A stretch of DNA of 64,000 bases. It comes from the human T2T-CHM13v2.0 reference genome, Homo sapiens. How positions within the stretch are numbered: the first letter of the stretch is position 1; each line of letters starts with the position of its first letter. Positions 13,341-27,400 of this stretch are shown here, in pieces. Position numbers and translations under genes: made by a program. The stretch lies in assembly GCF_009914755.1 (NCBI RefSeq), contig NC_060947.1, one strand, 5' to 3'. The notes below the pieces were generated by a model. It searched no databases, was not told the origin of the DNA, and saw only the letters and a program-made list of their open reading frames with translations.

Positions 13341-16300
13341 ACCAAACTTATAAAACCTTGGCCATTTTTTTCAGTTTTTTTCTGCCTCATCCTCTCACTC
13401 TCTTCTAGTCTCTAATATTCCAATTACATATGTATTAGATCACCTAATATTGTCCCACAGGTCCCTAGTCTCTATTTTGTTTTTCAGTATGTTTTCTCCC
13501 TGTTCTCCTGATTAGATAATTGCTGTTGCTCTCTCTTCAAGTTCACTGCAACCTTTCTGTCTTCTCCTAATCTCCTATTAAGCCCTTCTACTGAATTTGT
13601 ACTTTCAGATATTGTGTTTTACATTTCTAGACTTTCTATCTGGTCCTTTTAAAAATAACTTCCATTTCTCTCTTGACATTCCCCATTGGTACATTCATAG
13701 CTGTTAAGTCTTTGAACATATTTCTCATAGCTGATCTAAAACCTTTGCTTGCTAATTTCAACATCTGGGTCATTTCAGGCTTGATTTCTATTAAACATGA
13801 ATCACATTTCACTTATGTCTAATAATTTTTTATTATTTAGTAGACATTTCAATTATATGTTGTAGAAATTCTATGTTATGTTTTCTTCTTCTGAATTGTG
13901 TTGATTTTGTTGTAGTACATAGTTATCTTGGCTGGATTCAAACTCTGTCTTTGCTGAAATAGGCGGCTATCCTTCCTTTTGTTGTTCCTGGTCTTTCTTG
14001 CATGTGCACAATCTGGGGGTCAACTAAATATTTGAATGGAATTTATATGCAGATTTTGGAGCCCCCGCTCTTTGACTCTCTTTTCTGTGAATTCTTTCCT
14101 CAATTCCCAACCGTTCAGACCACCTAAAACTTTATATTCTGACTCCTCAAGGCAGTAAGACTGAGATTTCCCTTGAGTTCTAACTATTCCTCATTGTAAG
14201 AACTAAGAAGTGCCCTCAGGTGAAAAGGTGTTTAATTGATCACAAAGTAAGATTCTTTTATTTTAAGACTCAAATTACTTTCAGTTTCTGTCTGCTTTAT
14301 ACTTTATTTTCTCATGACCCTTAAAATGGGAATTCACATCATCAATTCAAATAAATACCTATGCAGAGGTGGTGATAACATGTGCAAATCAAATGAATTT
14401 GGTGATAAAGTTTCCACGACATTTAAAATGATATTTGACCTTGGAAACTGAAAATATGTATTATCTGTGGCAGTAAATCAAAGGTGATCATTACAGGTAA
14501 AATTTTAGTTTAGAAAACAATATAATTAACATTCTGTTATTCTATTTATCTTTAATGACAGAAATTATTATAGCCATAAAATTACTACCTGAAAATTGCT
14601 TTGCACTGCTAAATGGATTTACATATAAACACATTCCAGTTGTATGGATTGAACTATTAAATTAACAGTACAGAGATAGGTAATCATCATTTCTTTGAAT
14701 TGTTTCTTCTGTTTATAAATTGTCCACAATCTCTAAAAATCATCTGTTACTTGCTGTTACTAAACAAAGACATAACAAATCACATTTCTTCAATTGTGTT
14801 TTTTACATTTAATTCAAATTGATTTGTAAAGTAGCACAAAACATACATTAGAAACAGGAAAAGTTCAGAAATTCATGATTCTCCCTATGGGGTTTTAAGA
14901 AATGTATTTCTTCACTTCACATGGATAAAGGGAGAAGCATTCAGATTTATTCATTACATCTCTGAGAGGCATTTGAAAACTTACCATGATATCTGACCTC
15001 AAAGCAATTACCTTTATATTTTTTTTCTAATTAGTTCAATGCCAAATCTTGGCCATTAAAAAGTTAAAACAATGGGCAAAATCAAATTTGTGGTTCAAAT
15101 GTAGTTGTATTAAGTCAGATAGTCATTTACTAAGCACAGTTTATTGGAAGTATTTACCCTTGTAAATACTCTGTATTAGTCAGCAGATGGCATGCATTGT
15201 ACATTAACTATTCCACTGTATTATCATATATACTTTAGAACAGAAAGCATCTGTTTTTCTCAAAAAGACACATTATCCCTTCATTTGCAGTTTCATGCTA
15301 ATCTGTGAACTATTTAGTGATAATCAAAGAAGGTGATATTTCATCTTCATTTAGTTTATAGAGCAGATTCAATCAACTACAAGATGGGGTAAAATACATT
15401 TAGCAATTCCGTAGCAAGCTTCAGCATCCAGGAGAAACAGTCCTGAGTGATTATTTTCCTGCTTTGGCTAGAGGCTTGCGCAGGAGGACAGAAGCCTTTT
15501 GGATACAATTTCTGAGAGCATTCCACAAATTTCAGCAATATAAAAACCATTTCGTGTTGTGTATGGATAAGTGTATAAACTCAAAGTCTAACAAAAAAGT
15601 AAATCAAACTAGAACAACTAAATTTACTTCTAAGTAATCCATTTAAGATAATACTGCAATAGCCTAATTAGAAAATCTCTTCACGTATAAAAGCATGCAA
15701 GTATTCACAGGCTTCCCTTTGAGTGGTTTCAAAGGAGAATTTGGCTTGTGATGCTCTAACATGATGCGTAGCCCAGCATATTTCTTGTCAAACTGATATC
15801 CATCTGTCAGCCTGGCCTGATGCCTATTCCCAAGGTGTTGGGGCACTTTCCAGGGCCTGAGTTGTGTCAAAGTTATCTCCAGGGAGGTAAGTTACACGAT
15901 ATACAACAGGGTGAACACACAAAGAGAGAGAGAGAAACACAAACTGTATATAGCTTGCCAATCCAAATGGAGAGATTAAACATTTGTCTCCCTTCACACT
16001 AGACTTTTTAATGTGTTAAAAATAGAATGACTCTTAGACTGAGACTAATGCCCTTTTAACTGTGAACTTGCTTTAGGACCAATAGTATTTGGAGGAAGCA
16101 GAATAACTATGTAGATTTTGTTATAATCTTAAAGCCCTATTCCTAAACATAATTAATTAAATAGATGTTGAAAGGTAAAAGGAACACTTTTGCTTCAAAA
16201 TTTGTTTTTTAATGCAGAAATGAATAGAAATGTATTCCCATGAGGAAATGCCAAATATTAAATATGAAACATCAAGTATGTATATATGTACACATTCATA

Positions 16301-18074
16301 CACATGCACTATATATATGTATATATCATTTTTATTGTACTCCTTACCAGTTTAGATCTGTGCTTCATTTGAGATGCTTCCATTTTTGAAGAAGAGTAAA
16401 ATATCTCAAATAAAAAACATTACTTTGGTGGTTGATTTATTCAGTATTTGTGTTTGGAGTTGTAGGAGATCAAGGCCATTAGTGAAAATGTTAGGCATTT
16501 CACTTGTTTGATATTCTTCAAAGAAAACTTTAAAAATGGAAAATGATCAACCAGGAAGAAAAAGCTTCCTAGTTTTACTGTGTAGGTAGGAGCTGGGTAT
16601 AGATGTGGGTGTTCTGAGTGGGACTGCCATTCTAGCTGCTGGCTTCCAAAGATGCTAAAAGTAGCACAGTGGTGGCTGTCATTGATGGATGACTGCATTT
16701 TGCTCTCCATTTCTTCCATTCACTGGACTGCTAAGAGCATTTCATTGGGATGGGTACTCCCTTTTAATCTATTTCTTGTGGAGAACTGGTGAATGTATCT
16801 ATTGGGATTGAGGAGATATGTATGAACCACGTAAAACTGTAGCTGTTCTGTGTATTGAATAGACCTAATCTGTTTTGTAAAATGAGTGCTCTATACTTGA
16901 GGGTCATCCCCCAAGTACTTTTTTCTCAATTGGCTTGCATTCCCAGTTTCCTCTGGCCTAAGGCGACACGAATTCAACAGCTTGAGAAGAAATTATGTCC
17001 CCATTTTGAAGAAATTTGTCTCATCCATGTGCCTTGAGGTTATTAGCTGCTTCAGGAAAACCTGTTTTCATTGGCAAGTAAACTGACCTAGTTTAAAAAA
17101 AAAGTTACCAATTCCTTCTCCCAGTGACAGGAAATAGATGCCATGAGTACTGTGTGTCGGCTTCACTGTAATGACAAGAGATATAAAAATCAAATTGTCA
17201 CTCCTGCCTGGTAGATGGAGGTGACCTGCGGCCACAGGCAGGTCATTATACCTGTAGGTGCCAGATACTCTAGGATTTGGCATCAGGCCTGCCTTATGTT
17301 CAGAAGCCAGCTGGCCGGGCATTAGGGAAAACCAGGGAGACTTCAGCTAATTGGGGGTTAAAATATGGCCGGTGAAAGATGCATACAAAAGCAGTGTGTC
17401 TTTTTATAACTAAATATAGTCATTTTGGTTAAGAGAATAAGCAAATATCAAATGCATGAACTAACTCCTCATTTCTCACATTCTCCCTCATCCTCAAACC
17501 TGCCTTGGTACCCCCTGCTCAGCAAAAGCACTAGGCAGCATGTAATCATGTCACTCTGTCACCAAGTCTCCTTCTCAATGAAATTCAGGTGTCTAAATAG
17601 AAACGAGTGATGGCAGGTTTTTCCCCTCTTTCAGCAGAAAGCCAAGGAAATGCTTTCAAAAAGATGAAAAGTACACTTTTGTGTCATCACAAATCATCTG
17701 TATAACACTTGGTGCACAAATATTGAACCTCTATGTGTCGGCTGTTTATTGCCTGGGTTAGGACAGGAATACATTTTCTATGTCAATACTTGACTAGATG
17801 AAATATTCCCTGCAAGTTGAAGCTGAGTTACTTGTGAAAAAAAATGGGTTGTGTCGAAGATACAACAGAAGTCCTTGTGAAGTAAATAGGTTGGTTGAGA
17901 AAAATTAATATTTCAAAACAAAATGGTCTTAATAGACTTGAGTTTACATATGTTTTCCAAAAATTTCAAATATTTTAAATAATCATTTAGACAAATGTCT
18001 GTGCCAAATCTGGGTCCAGAAATACCCTTATTACAAGACACAAATATAAATGTTACAATAAAATTAGAGTCTTC

Positions 18075-18250
18075 ACTTATTGCACATTTACTATATACTA
18101 TATACTTTTATATTTAATTTTTTTCTGATACTATCACAATTATGTAAGTGATTCCCATCTTACAGATGATTAACTGGAAGGCTAAATCTGAGTCAAACAT
18201 ATGGATCCCTAGTTCAAAACCAGATACCATTCATCCAAGTTTATGTCAGT
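18075..18250 (-). mobile_element. MIR SINE fragment (diverged)
   Basis: 'attcccatcttacagatgattaactg...ttcaaaaccagat' resembles the MIR core. Confidence 0.55.
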
Positions 18251-19356
18251 GTAACATGCGTCCCTTGCTAGTACTCTAAATTCAATTTATGTATGCGTTT
18301 TATAATTTTAATTGAGTTTTCCAAGTCTATAATCAACACTATTGTTTAAGTTATTGCCTAAGCTATTAAAATATCTACCAGTACATCTGTTGGAATGCTA
18401 TTGAAATGTACTAGTGTTATTTTTCCAACTGCCCAGAAAATTATATTGTTTGCTTTACTACGGAAACTTAAGGCAATGGAATAAGTTTATTCATGCATAA
18501 ATAAAATTGCCATATTGCATTCTGCATTTAGTCTGAAGAAGGCTGGTGGTGACAATACCTTGACAATAAGGGAACTAGTATTGATGGGTAAAAGTCTTTG
18601 AAGTATCAAGACCTTTATTGAATTTTTTATTTAAAAAGATGCACATCATCAAAATTTAATACTTAGGTCATCGGAGTTCTGAACATCTTTGACTCTCATC
18701 GCTCGCTCTTTCCACAACTCTGCCTGCCAGGCTGACATCTTATAAAATAGAGCAAAACCCGTATCAGAACACCTACACTGTGAAGGGATGTATTGGAGAC
18801 GACCCAAGGCATATTAATAAATGAATAATGAAAACCTTTAAAGTGTGTAGGAAGCACTGGAGTATTGACTTGGAATGCTACAGTAAGGTGAAGGGTTAGC
18901 GAGGCTTTCTTTAAAGGACCCCTAACATGTTAGAATTTGCAAAGATGTCTTGATAGAGGCCTAGCTTCTTCCCTGTTGGTTTGGTTGTGAGTTTAAAGTA
19001 GAGTTTTTTTAATATTATGAATGCTACCTTGAAATTTTAAAAAGGTCAATATTTAGCTTGGCATTCAAGCTAACCTATCATTTGCTAACACTATCATTAC
19101 CAGGAAAAGCATAATATACCCACTTCCTACATTTTAGTTCCAGATCTATTTTCTACTCCACCATATGTATACCACTTATTTTTTTCAAATGTAACAAGTA
19201 CACTCTTGCTTCTTTCTCTGAAGTGCTATTTCCATAGTCTGACATGCCCTGCCCACTGCCCCTGCTCTGCTCCTGCCCTCTTTCCCAAGTTAAAATATTC
19301 CCATTCTTTATTGTTCAAAAGGCAACTCTTCCAAAGAGCCTTTGTGGATATCCCCA

Positions 19357-19696
19357 TGCTATGGTTTGAATACCCAACCAAAACTGTATTAAGAAGTGGG
19401 ACCTTTAACAGGTGATTAGGCCACGAGGGTTCTGTCCTCATGAATGGATTTATGCTGTTACCACAAGAGTGGCCTCCTGGTAAAAGTCAGCTTTGTTTCC
19501 TCTTACTCTTGCTCTCTTACTCTTCCACCATCAGCCACAGCATGATGCACTAGGAAGGCCCTGGCCCTCACCAGATCCCAGTGCCATGCTCTTGGACTTC
19601 TCAGCCTGCAAAACGGTGAGCCAAATAAACTTCTATTGTTTATAAAGTACCTAGTCTGTGGTATTCTGTTATAGCAGCACAGAATGGACTAAGACA
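19357..19696 (+). mobile_element. MaLR solo LTR (MST family)
   Basis: Begins 'tgctatggtttgaat', ends 'gaatggactaagaca', has AATAAA near 19624 and a perfect 5-bp TSD cccca. Confidence 0.9.
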
Positions 19697-21039
19697 CCCC
19701 ACAAGCTATGTGTTATCACTTTTTCCTTCTTTGATCTCTCATATGTACAAAGTATTTATATAATAATACATTATAGCATTTTGCCTTTAGCATTATGGTT
19801 CCTATTCTGGCATTATGGTTCCTAGATTCTGTGATCTCTCTTTTATGAAAAGTAGTTAAGATGATTTTTCCCTCATGTTTCCTTGCACCTTTCTTGTTTT
19901 TCCATTTAAAAATAACAGTCTCAAAGGATTGTATTTGCTGGATTTGCTAGTACTTTTTGTGCTCTGGGAATTATTTATGTATTCTTTAATACCAGAAATT
20001 ATTCTCTCTTATGTCACCTCCTGTGAGTTTCAAATACCTTTTGACCATGCTTGCTTTATTATTTTCAGTTTGAAAATTATGGTCCTTGGTAGCAAAGATT
20101 CAATCAAAATAAATATTGAAAGGTTCTGTATTCTCAGATAAAACCACCTGTTTCTGGACATCATGTTCTGATCTAGATTCATAGTCTTTTTTCTAGCTCG
20201 CAATATCAGAAGTAAAACAAATTTTGTTATTTATCTTTCCCAGATATCTTTTATCCTTTGGTATGAATCTTGTGTTTGTAATCTCCACCCAACTCAGCAC
20301 AGTGGCTTTTACTGTGAACTTTCTAGAAGCTGTCTTCTTGTCTGTAGCCCATTTCAGGCTCCAGACATTTCCTTAATTTCAGTTGAAACTTCTCATCTGA
20401 TTCAGTCACTTTCTTCCAGACATTTTATCCCTTCTACCTCACCTCCAATTTTCTAGTGGGTAGAGTTTAGCACTTTTTCATAGGCTGCCTTCTCAACTGT
20501 TGAAATAATAGAATTATCAGCATTGAAAGTCAATAATTTATTATATGAACTGTCTTAGCTGAATGTGACTTCTAGCAGATGACCAAGTGATGTTATGTTG
20601 TATCTGACAGTTTTTATGCATTAATGAAACCTTTTATCTGTCCTTCCTTGGAGTCATGGGAAATCACACTAAGTTTTAGATTTTAATCCATTCCCCCTCT
20701 TCAGGAGTCATTTCCATTCTCCTCTGGTATCTATTATTCTCTCCCTTGCATTTCAACTTTCTTTCTTTATACTGAATATTCCTCTGCTTAAGACATATTC
20801 TGAAAATACCATATTTAGAGCCTATGTCCCATAATAAATAGTGTCCAAACTTCCTAATGAAATAGGCTATACTTACTGTTTTTGCAATTTCTAAGTCACT
20901 AATTTTGTATTCATCAAACAAGTGTGGCAATTGTTGTCACTTTTCTTAGAAAATAACCAATAAACCATTAAATCCAATGATCACTTTTCTTATTTCCTAT
21001 TTCTTATTTCTCCTTTTTCCCAAATTTCTGTGAGAACAC

Positions 21040-21460
21040 TCATATTTGTTTTCCTTATATCTGTCTACCCAATATTTTATTTCCCAATGTGGGTTTCTTT
21101 TCCTTTGACTATGCTTGTATATAAGCGCCCCTACGGTAATATTCTATCTTTCGACATTGCCTTTTCTCATCCTATGTATTCTTGCAGAGAAATCTCATCC
21201 ACACACATGGCTTCAATTAGTTCCTAAATGCTGTTGAACTTCTAATGTATACATCTAATCTAGAATTCATTCCTGAACTCTAGATACCTATATCCACTCT
21301 CTGCTGCCTTTGCCTCTTCCAGATGCTCTTCGAATTGCTAAAGTCAAAATCCTAGAATGACTGTTTATTCATTGCACTAATGTTCTCCTTTATTTTATAC
21401 CTTGACTTTCATGTTATTCAGATTTAGATCTTGGCCTTTGTATCTTTCTTTTTCCCATCC
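21040..21460. mobile_element. L2 LINE fragment (diverged)
   Basis: 'ctcatccacacacatggcttcaatta...tcctgaactctagatacctatatcca' resembles L2. Confidence 0.55.
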
Positions 21461-21739
21461 AATTCCTACTTTCAATTACTATATGGAGGTGTAATAGTCT
21501 TTCCTTTAATGGGTGCCTCATGTGTTCTGGTAGTGTGGAGACCATGATGGCACATATGTGTGTGTTGAGGATGGGAAAATAGAGAGCATATAATACTGAT
21601 TCTATGCCTGTGGAAGTAACTATTTTCCCAGATAACTTGCTGTTACCTATTAGTGAATATTTCCCTTCTATCACCTTTTATAATCGTATAATTGATTTAA
21701 ATAATTTTCATGGGGCTAGAGCCAATATAGGCAGTTAAT

Positions 21740-21940
21740 TAGTTTTAGTTATGATGTCACCAAATATGTGACAGGCAATCATTTAATTCTTTCAACAACC
21801 ATGAAATATAAGTTAAGGTCACTGTCTTAAAGATTAAAAGAAACAGACTCAGGTTAGTTAGCTTTACTAACAGCAAATAAGATTCAAACCCAGGTATCTG
21901 GATTCTAGATAGTGGATCTGTTTTCTCTCCACTAGAGCAT
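21740..21940 (-). mobile_element. MIR SINE fragment
   Basis: 'tttaattctttcaacaaccatgaaat...gaaacagactcag...gattcaaacccaggtatctggattcta'. Confidence 0.65.
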
Positions 21941-24454
21941 ATAGCTTATTTATAAACTTAGAAAACAAAAATGCTGTAAGCAACGGTTTTGTTCATTAAT
22001 GTATTTGACCATTTGCACCATTATGAGAAAGGCACAGTCACTTAATTCAAAAATCTTAATCTACATTATCAGATAAATGTCAACATCTGTAAATATTGCT
22101 CAGAATCACCTTTTAGTACAAACCTTGGAGCAATGGTACTATAAACTCTGTGATACTATGATTTTTAAGGAGACAATCCTCAAGTAAATCTTTTATTTGG
22201 GGATATGTCAGACTCACTCTAGAAAGATTAATGATTTTTTCACTGTAGCTGTACAAGAGTATTACCTAAGATTGGATATAATTAAACTGTGGAGCCCCTT
22301 TCAGATTAACAAGTATCTTAAATATTTCTGAAATCAGCAGATTTCCTGAAAAGAGATAAGATGGCTATTTGGAGAAAAGACAAAAATTAAAACAGCATTT
22401 TAACATAGAATTGAAAAATTCAAAGCTAGAAAATATATTTTATAACGTGTTTGCAAACAGACTCATTAACTTATAAATTTGAAGTATTTTGTTTACTAAA
22501 ACAAAATAACCAAGCAATTATTATAATCTGAAATCAGAAGAAATGCTTTCTTTTTTTTGTGGCAGATTATTAGTATGTGTGTGTCCCTCTAACATTCTTA
22601 GCAAATTAATAGCATGTATTGTTGGAGTGAATTGTTTAGTTTACGTCTAAAAGCAAATAGTTATTGTAAAATAAATTTCAGCTTGATGTAGATAGAGTAT
22701 TTCATAGTGCTTTGGGGGAGCTGGTACAGCTATTTCTCCAACAAAGATTTAGCATTTTACAAATTGAATTAGAGACACATTTAACCTGCTATGAAGGAAA
22801 GATGCTCTTGATGGCAGTAGAATTCTTGTCATAGACTTTCCAAGTACATGGCATTATTTCAATTTCTGGTTTTTATCGTGCATACCTCTGCTGTGTGGGC
22901 AGCCTACCAACACCTATAAAATTAGTATCTGTTAGGAGAACATCTTGATTTAAGCTTCACTTTAAAGCACTAACAATTGATAAACATCAATTGTGCAAAG
23001 CAATGTCAGCATGTCTTTATATTAATAATGTTGAAAGAATGGCATTCGCATTTTCACTTCTGAGTGTACTCACTCCAAGCCCACCCTCACACATGGAATT
23101 CCTCTAAATAAACTCTGTGCTGGTAATCATCTGACTCATTAGCAAGTGTTTCTTCCTGCCTGAAACTAAGTGGGTGCAATGGAGGATAGATTAATCTTTA
23201 AATCCTGTGGAATACACGTCTGCTCTCTTTGCTTTCTTTTTATGTCAGTAGCATAATTAAAAATAAAAATGTCTTGCTATGTCAGTAGAGACAAGCTGGT
23301 TAATACATTTGAAAATAAATATAATCATCCAATAATAATCATACTAATGCAATATTTCAATATTCATATAGAATTTATGTTTCAAATAGAAGAAAATCTA
23401 CCTAGAAACTCAGCAAAGTTCCTTACATTTTTATCTTTCTGTCTGCCTAGAATTCTTCTTCCCCCTTGAAACTATGTTGTTTTTCACTATTTTTATTATA
23501 CCTCCTCAGGCAACCTGAGACCACACTTAGTTATCTCTCCTCTGAACTTGTACTTTGAAAAATATGTCACACATTTGGTGCTTGTTTAAATATAGGCTTA
23601 TAACAATTTTATATTTTTAATTTTTATAAATTACTAAATTTATACAAATTTTCATGTATTTGGATTAGATCTCCAACTAAATTGTTATTTCCTTGAAGGT
23701 GGTGTTTGTGCCTTGTTATTAGCATGTTTAGCATTGAACTTCTTTACATGGTTTGTCTTCAAGAGTTCTTTGGAACTTTATATTTGAAATAATAATGATA
23801 TATTTTAATCAAATGACATTATCATAATATCAATTATCAAAATATTAGGTCAGTAGGCACTACTATATGATGCCCTCCATTTTGTAATGTCACTTACTCA
23901 ACAAGATTATCGCTCTTCCCTGACTCTCATACCCACATGACTCTGTACATTCCTTAATCTATCCCAAACCCTCTTTTCACAAATATTTCCACTAGTGTCT
24001 CTGAACCTCATTTTATTCTGATCAGCAAAACTCCACATCATAAATCTGTATATCTTAAATCTTTAAGATGTTCCCTTCATCTTATTACTCTGTCTGAAAC
24101 CTTGCTTTCCCCTGAGAGCACTGCTTCCGTTGCAGCTTCCTTCTCTACTGGCTCTAGTATTTCATAAACTCATTGTTTGTACCATGGATCTAGAGCGGGC
24201 CCACTCCTCGTTCCTATATAACACTTCCAAACTTTCTTTCTCCTTGCTAATGCACTTGCTTTGTCCTTAATGACCTTCCATCATTCTCCCTAATGACCTC
24301 CTCCACCCAACCTAAACCAAACAGGCTCTTCCCAATGTCAATTCGAATTGCTTTGGCCCTAAACCTTAGAGCTATTTTCAATTTTCTCCTGTTCTCTCCT
24401 AATTCCACATCAAGTACTATTGGTTTTACCCGCAAAATATATTCAGAGACTGAT

Positions 24455-27400
24455 GTCAGCAAGATAGAAAAATATGAATTTCCAGCTCTCATGCTCTTAC
24501 AAAAACATCAATTTGAACAATCATCCACCCATAAAAATACCTTCACAAGAGCTAAGGAATCCAGGTGAGAGATTACGGCACTTAAGAGGAATGCAGAAAT
24601 AAGAAAAATGCAGTGAAGAGGATAGAAAGGATACTTTTACATTACATGTGTTACCCCTTTCTCACATCTGCACAGTAAAGTATGGAGAGAGATACCCTAT
24701 GTACAGAGAAAGGAAAGTGAATTAAGCATTCAACTTTACCACAGACCTCAGCACCAGGCAAGCCCCAGTGAACCACTTCACCAGACCAGCCCTCACAGAC
24801 TCAAGTTCCAGGCCAGCTCACAAGGTCTCAGACTCCAAGCCCGCTACTGAAGATCCAGGCTTCAGGTATCCCCCAGTATAAGCAGGCCCCTGTAGCCCCA
24901 GGTTCCAGGCTGGCCCCAGCAGATTCAGGCTCCAGGCCCACCTTAGCACTATGCCAGCCCCAGTGGCCCCCGGCCAGCTCTTATGGATCCAGTCTTTAGG
25001 TCCATCCCTATGGATGCAAACTCCAGGCCATTTCCTGTGGACACAGTCATCAGGCCTAAACCATTGGACCCCAGAGACCCAGGACAGCCAGCCCTTGTGG
25101 ACCCAGAATCCAGGCCCATACCTGTGGACCCATAGTTTAGGCTTGCCCCATTTATGCAGGTGCCAAACTCACCCAAGCTGATGATGGCACCAGACCTGCA
25201 TCAGTTGGCCCAGGCTCCAGGCTTGCTCCTATAGACAAAGGCATTAGGCTAGCCCCTGTGGACACAGTAGCCAGGCCCACATGCCTGCTGACCTTAGCAC
25301 CAGGAAAGCCAGTCCAAGGACTCTAGCAGCAAGCTCACCTGCAGTCCCTGCCAGTGGGCCCACCCAGAATGTCTGGATGGGCTGACTTGTGAAAGATTTC
25401 TCTGCCAAATCCAGTGCAAAAAGACTGGAAGAGGTTCCTACTTCTTTATATGTACAAATACTAATGCTAGGTCACAGGATTATGAATAATTAGGGAAACT
25501 TAAAACCAGCAAAGGAAAAAAAAAAATAAAGCACCAGTAACCAACCTTAAAGAAAAGGAAATCCAAAAACTCCCTAACAAAGAATATTAATTTACTCCTT
25601 TTTAGGGCTGAGTAGTATTCCATTGTGTATATATATTCTACAGTTTCTTTACCCACTAGTTGATTGATGGGCATTTGTGTGTTCCACATTTTTGCAATTG
25701 TGAATTGTGCTGCTATAAACATGATGTGCAAGTGTCTTTTTCGTATAATGACTTCTTTTCCTTGGGTAGATACCCAGTAGTGGGATTGCTGATTCAAATG
25801 GTAGTTTTACTTTTAGTTCTTTAAGGAATCTCCACACTGTTTTCCATAGTGGTTGTACTAGTTTACACTCGCACCAGCAGTGTAGAAGTGTTCCCTATTC
25901 ACTGCATCCATGCCAACATTGATTATTTTTTGATTTTTTGATTATGGAAATTCTTGCAGGATTAAGGTGGTATCGCATTGTGGTTTTAATGTGCATTTCC
26001 CTGATCATTAGTGATGTTGAGCATTTTTTTCGTATGTTTGTTGGTCATTTGTATGTCTTCTTTTGAGAATTGTCTATTCATGTCCTTAGCCCACTTTTTG
26101 ATGGGATTGTTTTTATTCTTGCTAATTTGTTTGAGTTCATTGTAGATTCTGGTTATTAGTCTTTGTCAGATGTATAGATTATGAAGATTTTCTCCCATTC
26201 TGTGGGTTGTCTGTTTACTCTGCTGACTGTTCCTTTTGCCATGCAAAAGCTCTTTAGTTTAATTAAGTCTCACCTATTTATCTTTGTTTTTATTTCATTT
26301 GCTTTTGGGTTCTTGGTCATGAAATCCTTGTATAAGCCAATGTTTAGAAGGTTTTTCTGATGCTATATTCTAGAATTTTTACAGTTTCAGGTCTTAGATT
26401 TAAGTTCTTGATCCATCTTGAGCTGATTTTTGTAGAAGGTGAGAGATGAGGATCCAGTTTCATTCTCCTACATGTGGCTAGCCAATTATCCCAGCACCAT
26501 TTGTTGAACAGGGTGTCCTTTCCCCACTTTATGTTTTTATTTGCTTTGTCAAAGATACAACACTATGAATAGTTTTCTCATCAGAAATCTTGCAGGCCAT
26601 GAGAAAGAGGGATTATATATTCAAATTGCTGAAAGAGAATACCTGTCAACCAACAATACTATAGCTTTCAGAGTTGTCCTTCATAAATAAAGGTGAACTA
26701 AAGACTTCCCCAGATGAACCAAAGCTATGGGACTTCTTCACCACTATATCTGCCTTATAAGATACGCTAAAGGGAACTCTTCAGTTGAGATGAAAAGACA
26801 CTAATGAATAATATGAAAATATAAGAAAGTATAAACCTTACTATTAGTCAAATTCAGAATATTCCAATATTGGAATAGTGATGTGTAAACCACTTTTTAA
26901 CTCTAGTACAAAAGTTAAGGGAAAGAAGTGTTAAAATGACTATAGTTACAGTAAATTGTAGTGGATAGATACATAAAAGATGTAAATTGACATCAATAAC
27001 ATGAATATGGGGGTAGAAGTTAAAGTGCAAAGTTTTTGTATGCAGTTGAAGTTGTTACCAACTTAAAACAGACTGTTGTAACTATAAGATGTTTTATGCA
27101 AGACCCATGGTAGACACAAAGGAAATAACTATAGAAGATGCATAAAATAAAGTGTAAAAAAATCAAAGAAAGTCACTACAAAAAATCAATAAAACACAAA
27201 GGAAGGCAACATGAGAGGGAAAGAGGGAAAATTAACTATAAGACATATAGAAAACAATAAAATGACAGTAGTAAGTTCTTACCTACTAATAATTACTTTA
27301 ACTGTAAATAATTAAATCTCTAATCAAATGATGTAGAGTGGCTGAATGAAAGAAAAGTAGATGAAACTATATGTTGCCAATAAGAGACTCACTTTAGCTT

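Larger units (their letters stand above)
9915..14300 (-). mobile_element. Old, highly diverged L1M (L1MC/ME-like) fragments
   Basis: Antisense L1 motifs ('ggttgtaccatttt', 'attctgttgctaggtgcat'-like, 'ggaggatattttcactggacatataattct'). Probably several fragments; boundaries approximate. Confidence 0.65.

Noticed and set aside
17208-17224. CTCF-like motif (ctggtagatggagg)
   Set aside because: Several mismatches at core positions.
18531-18590. Possible coding exon (LKKAGGDNTLTIRELVLMG)
   Set aside because: Weak splice sites, no recognisable homology and no partner exons.
24740-25330. CRISPR-like or coding repeat array
   Set aside because: Degenerate units without unique spacers, in a eukaryotic L1 5' context, with no cas genes.
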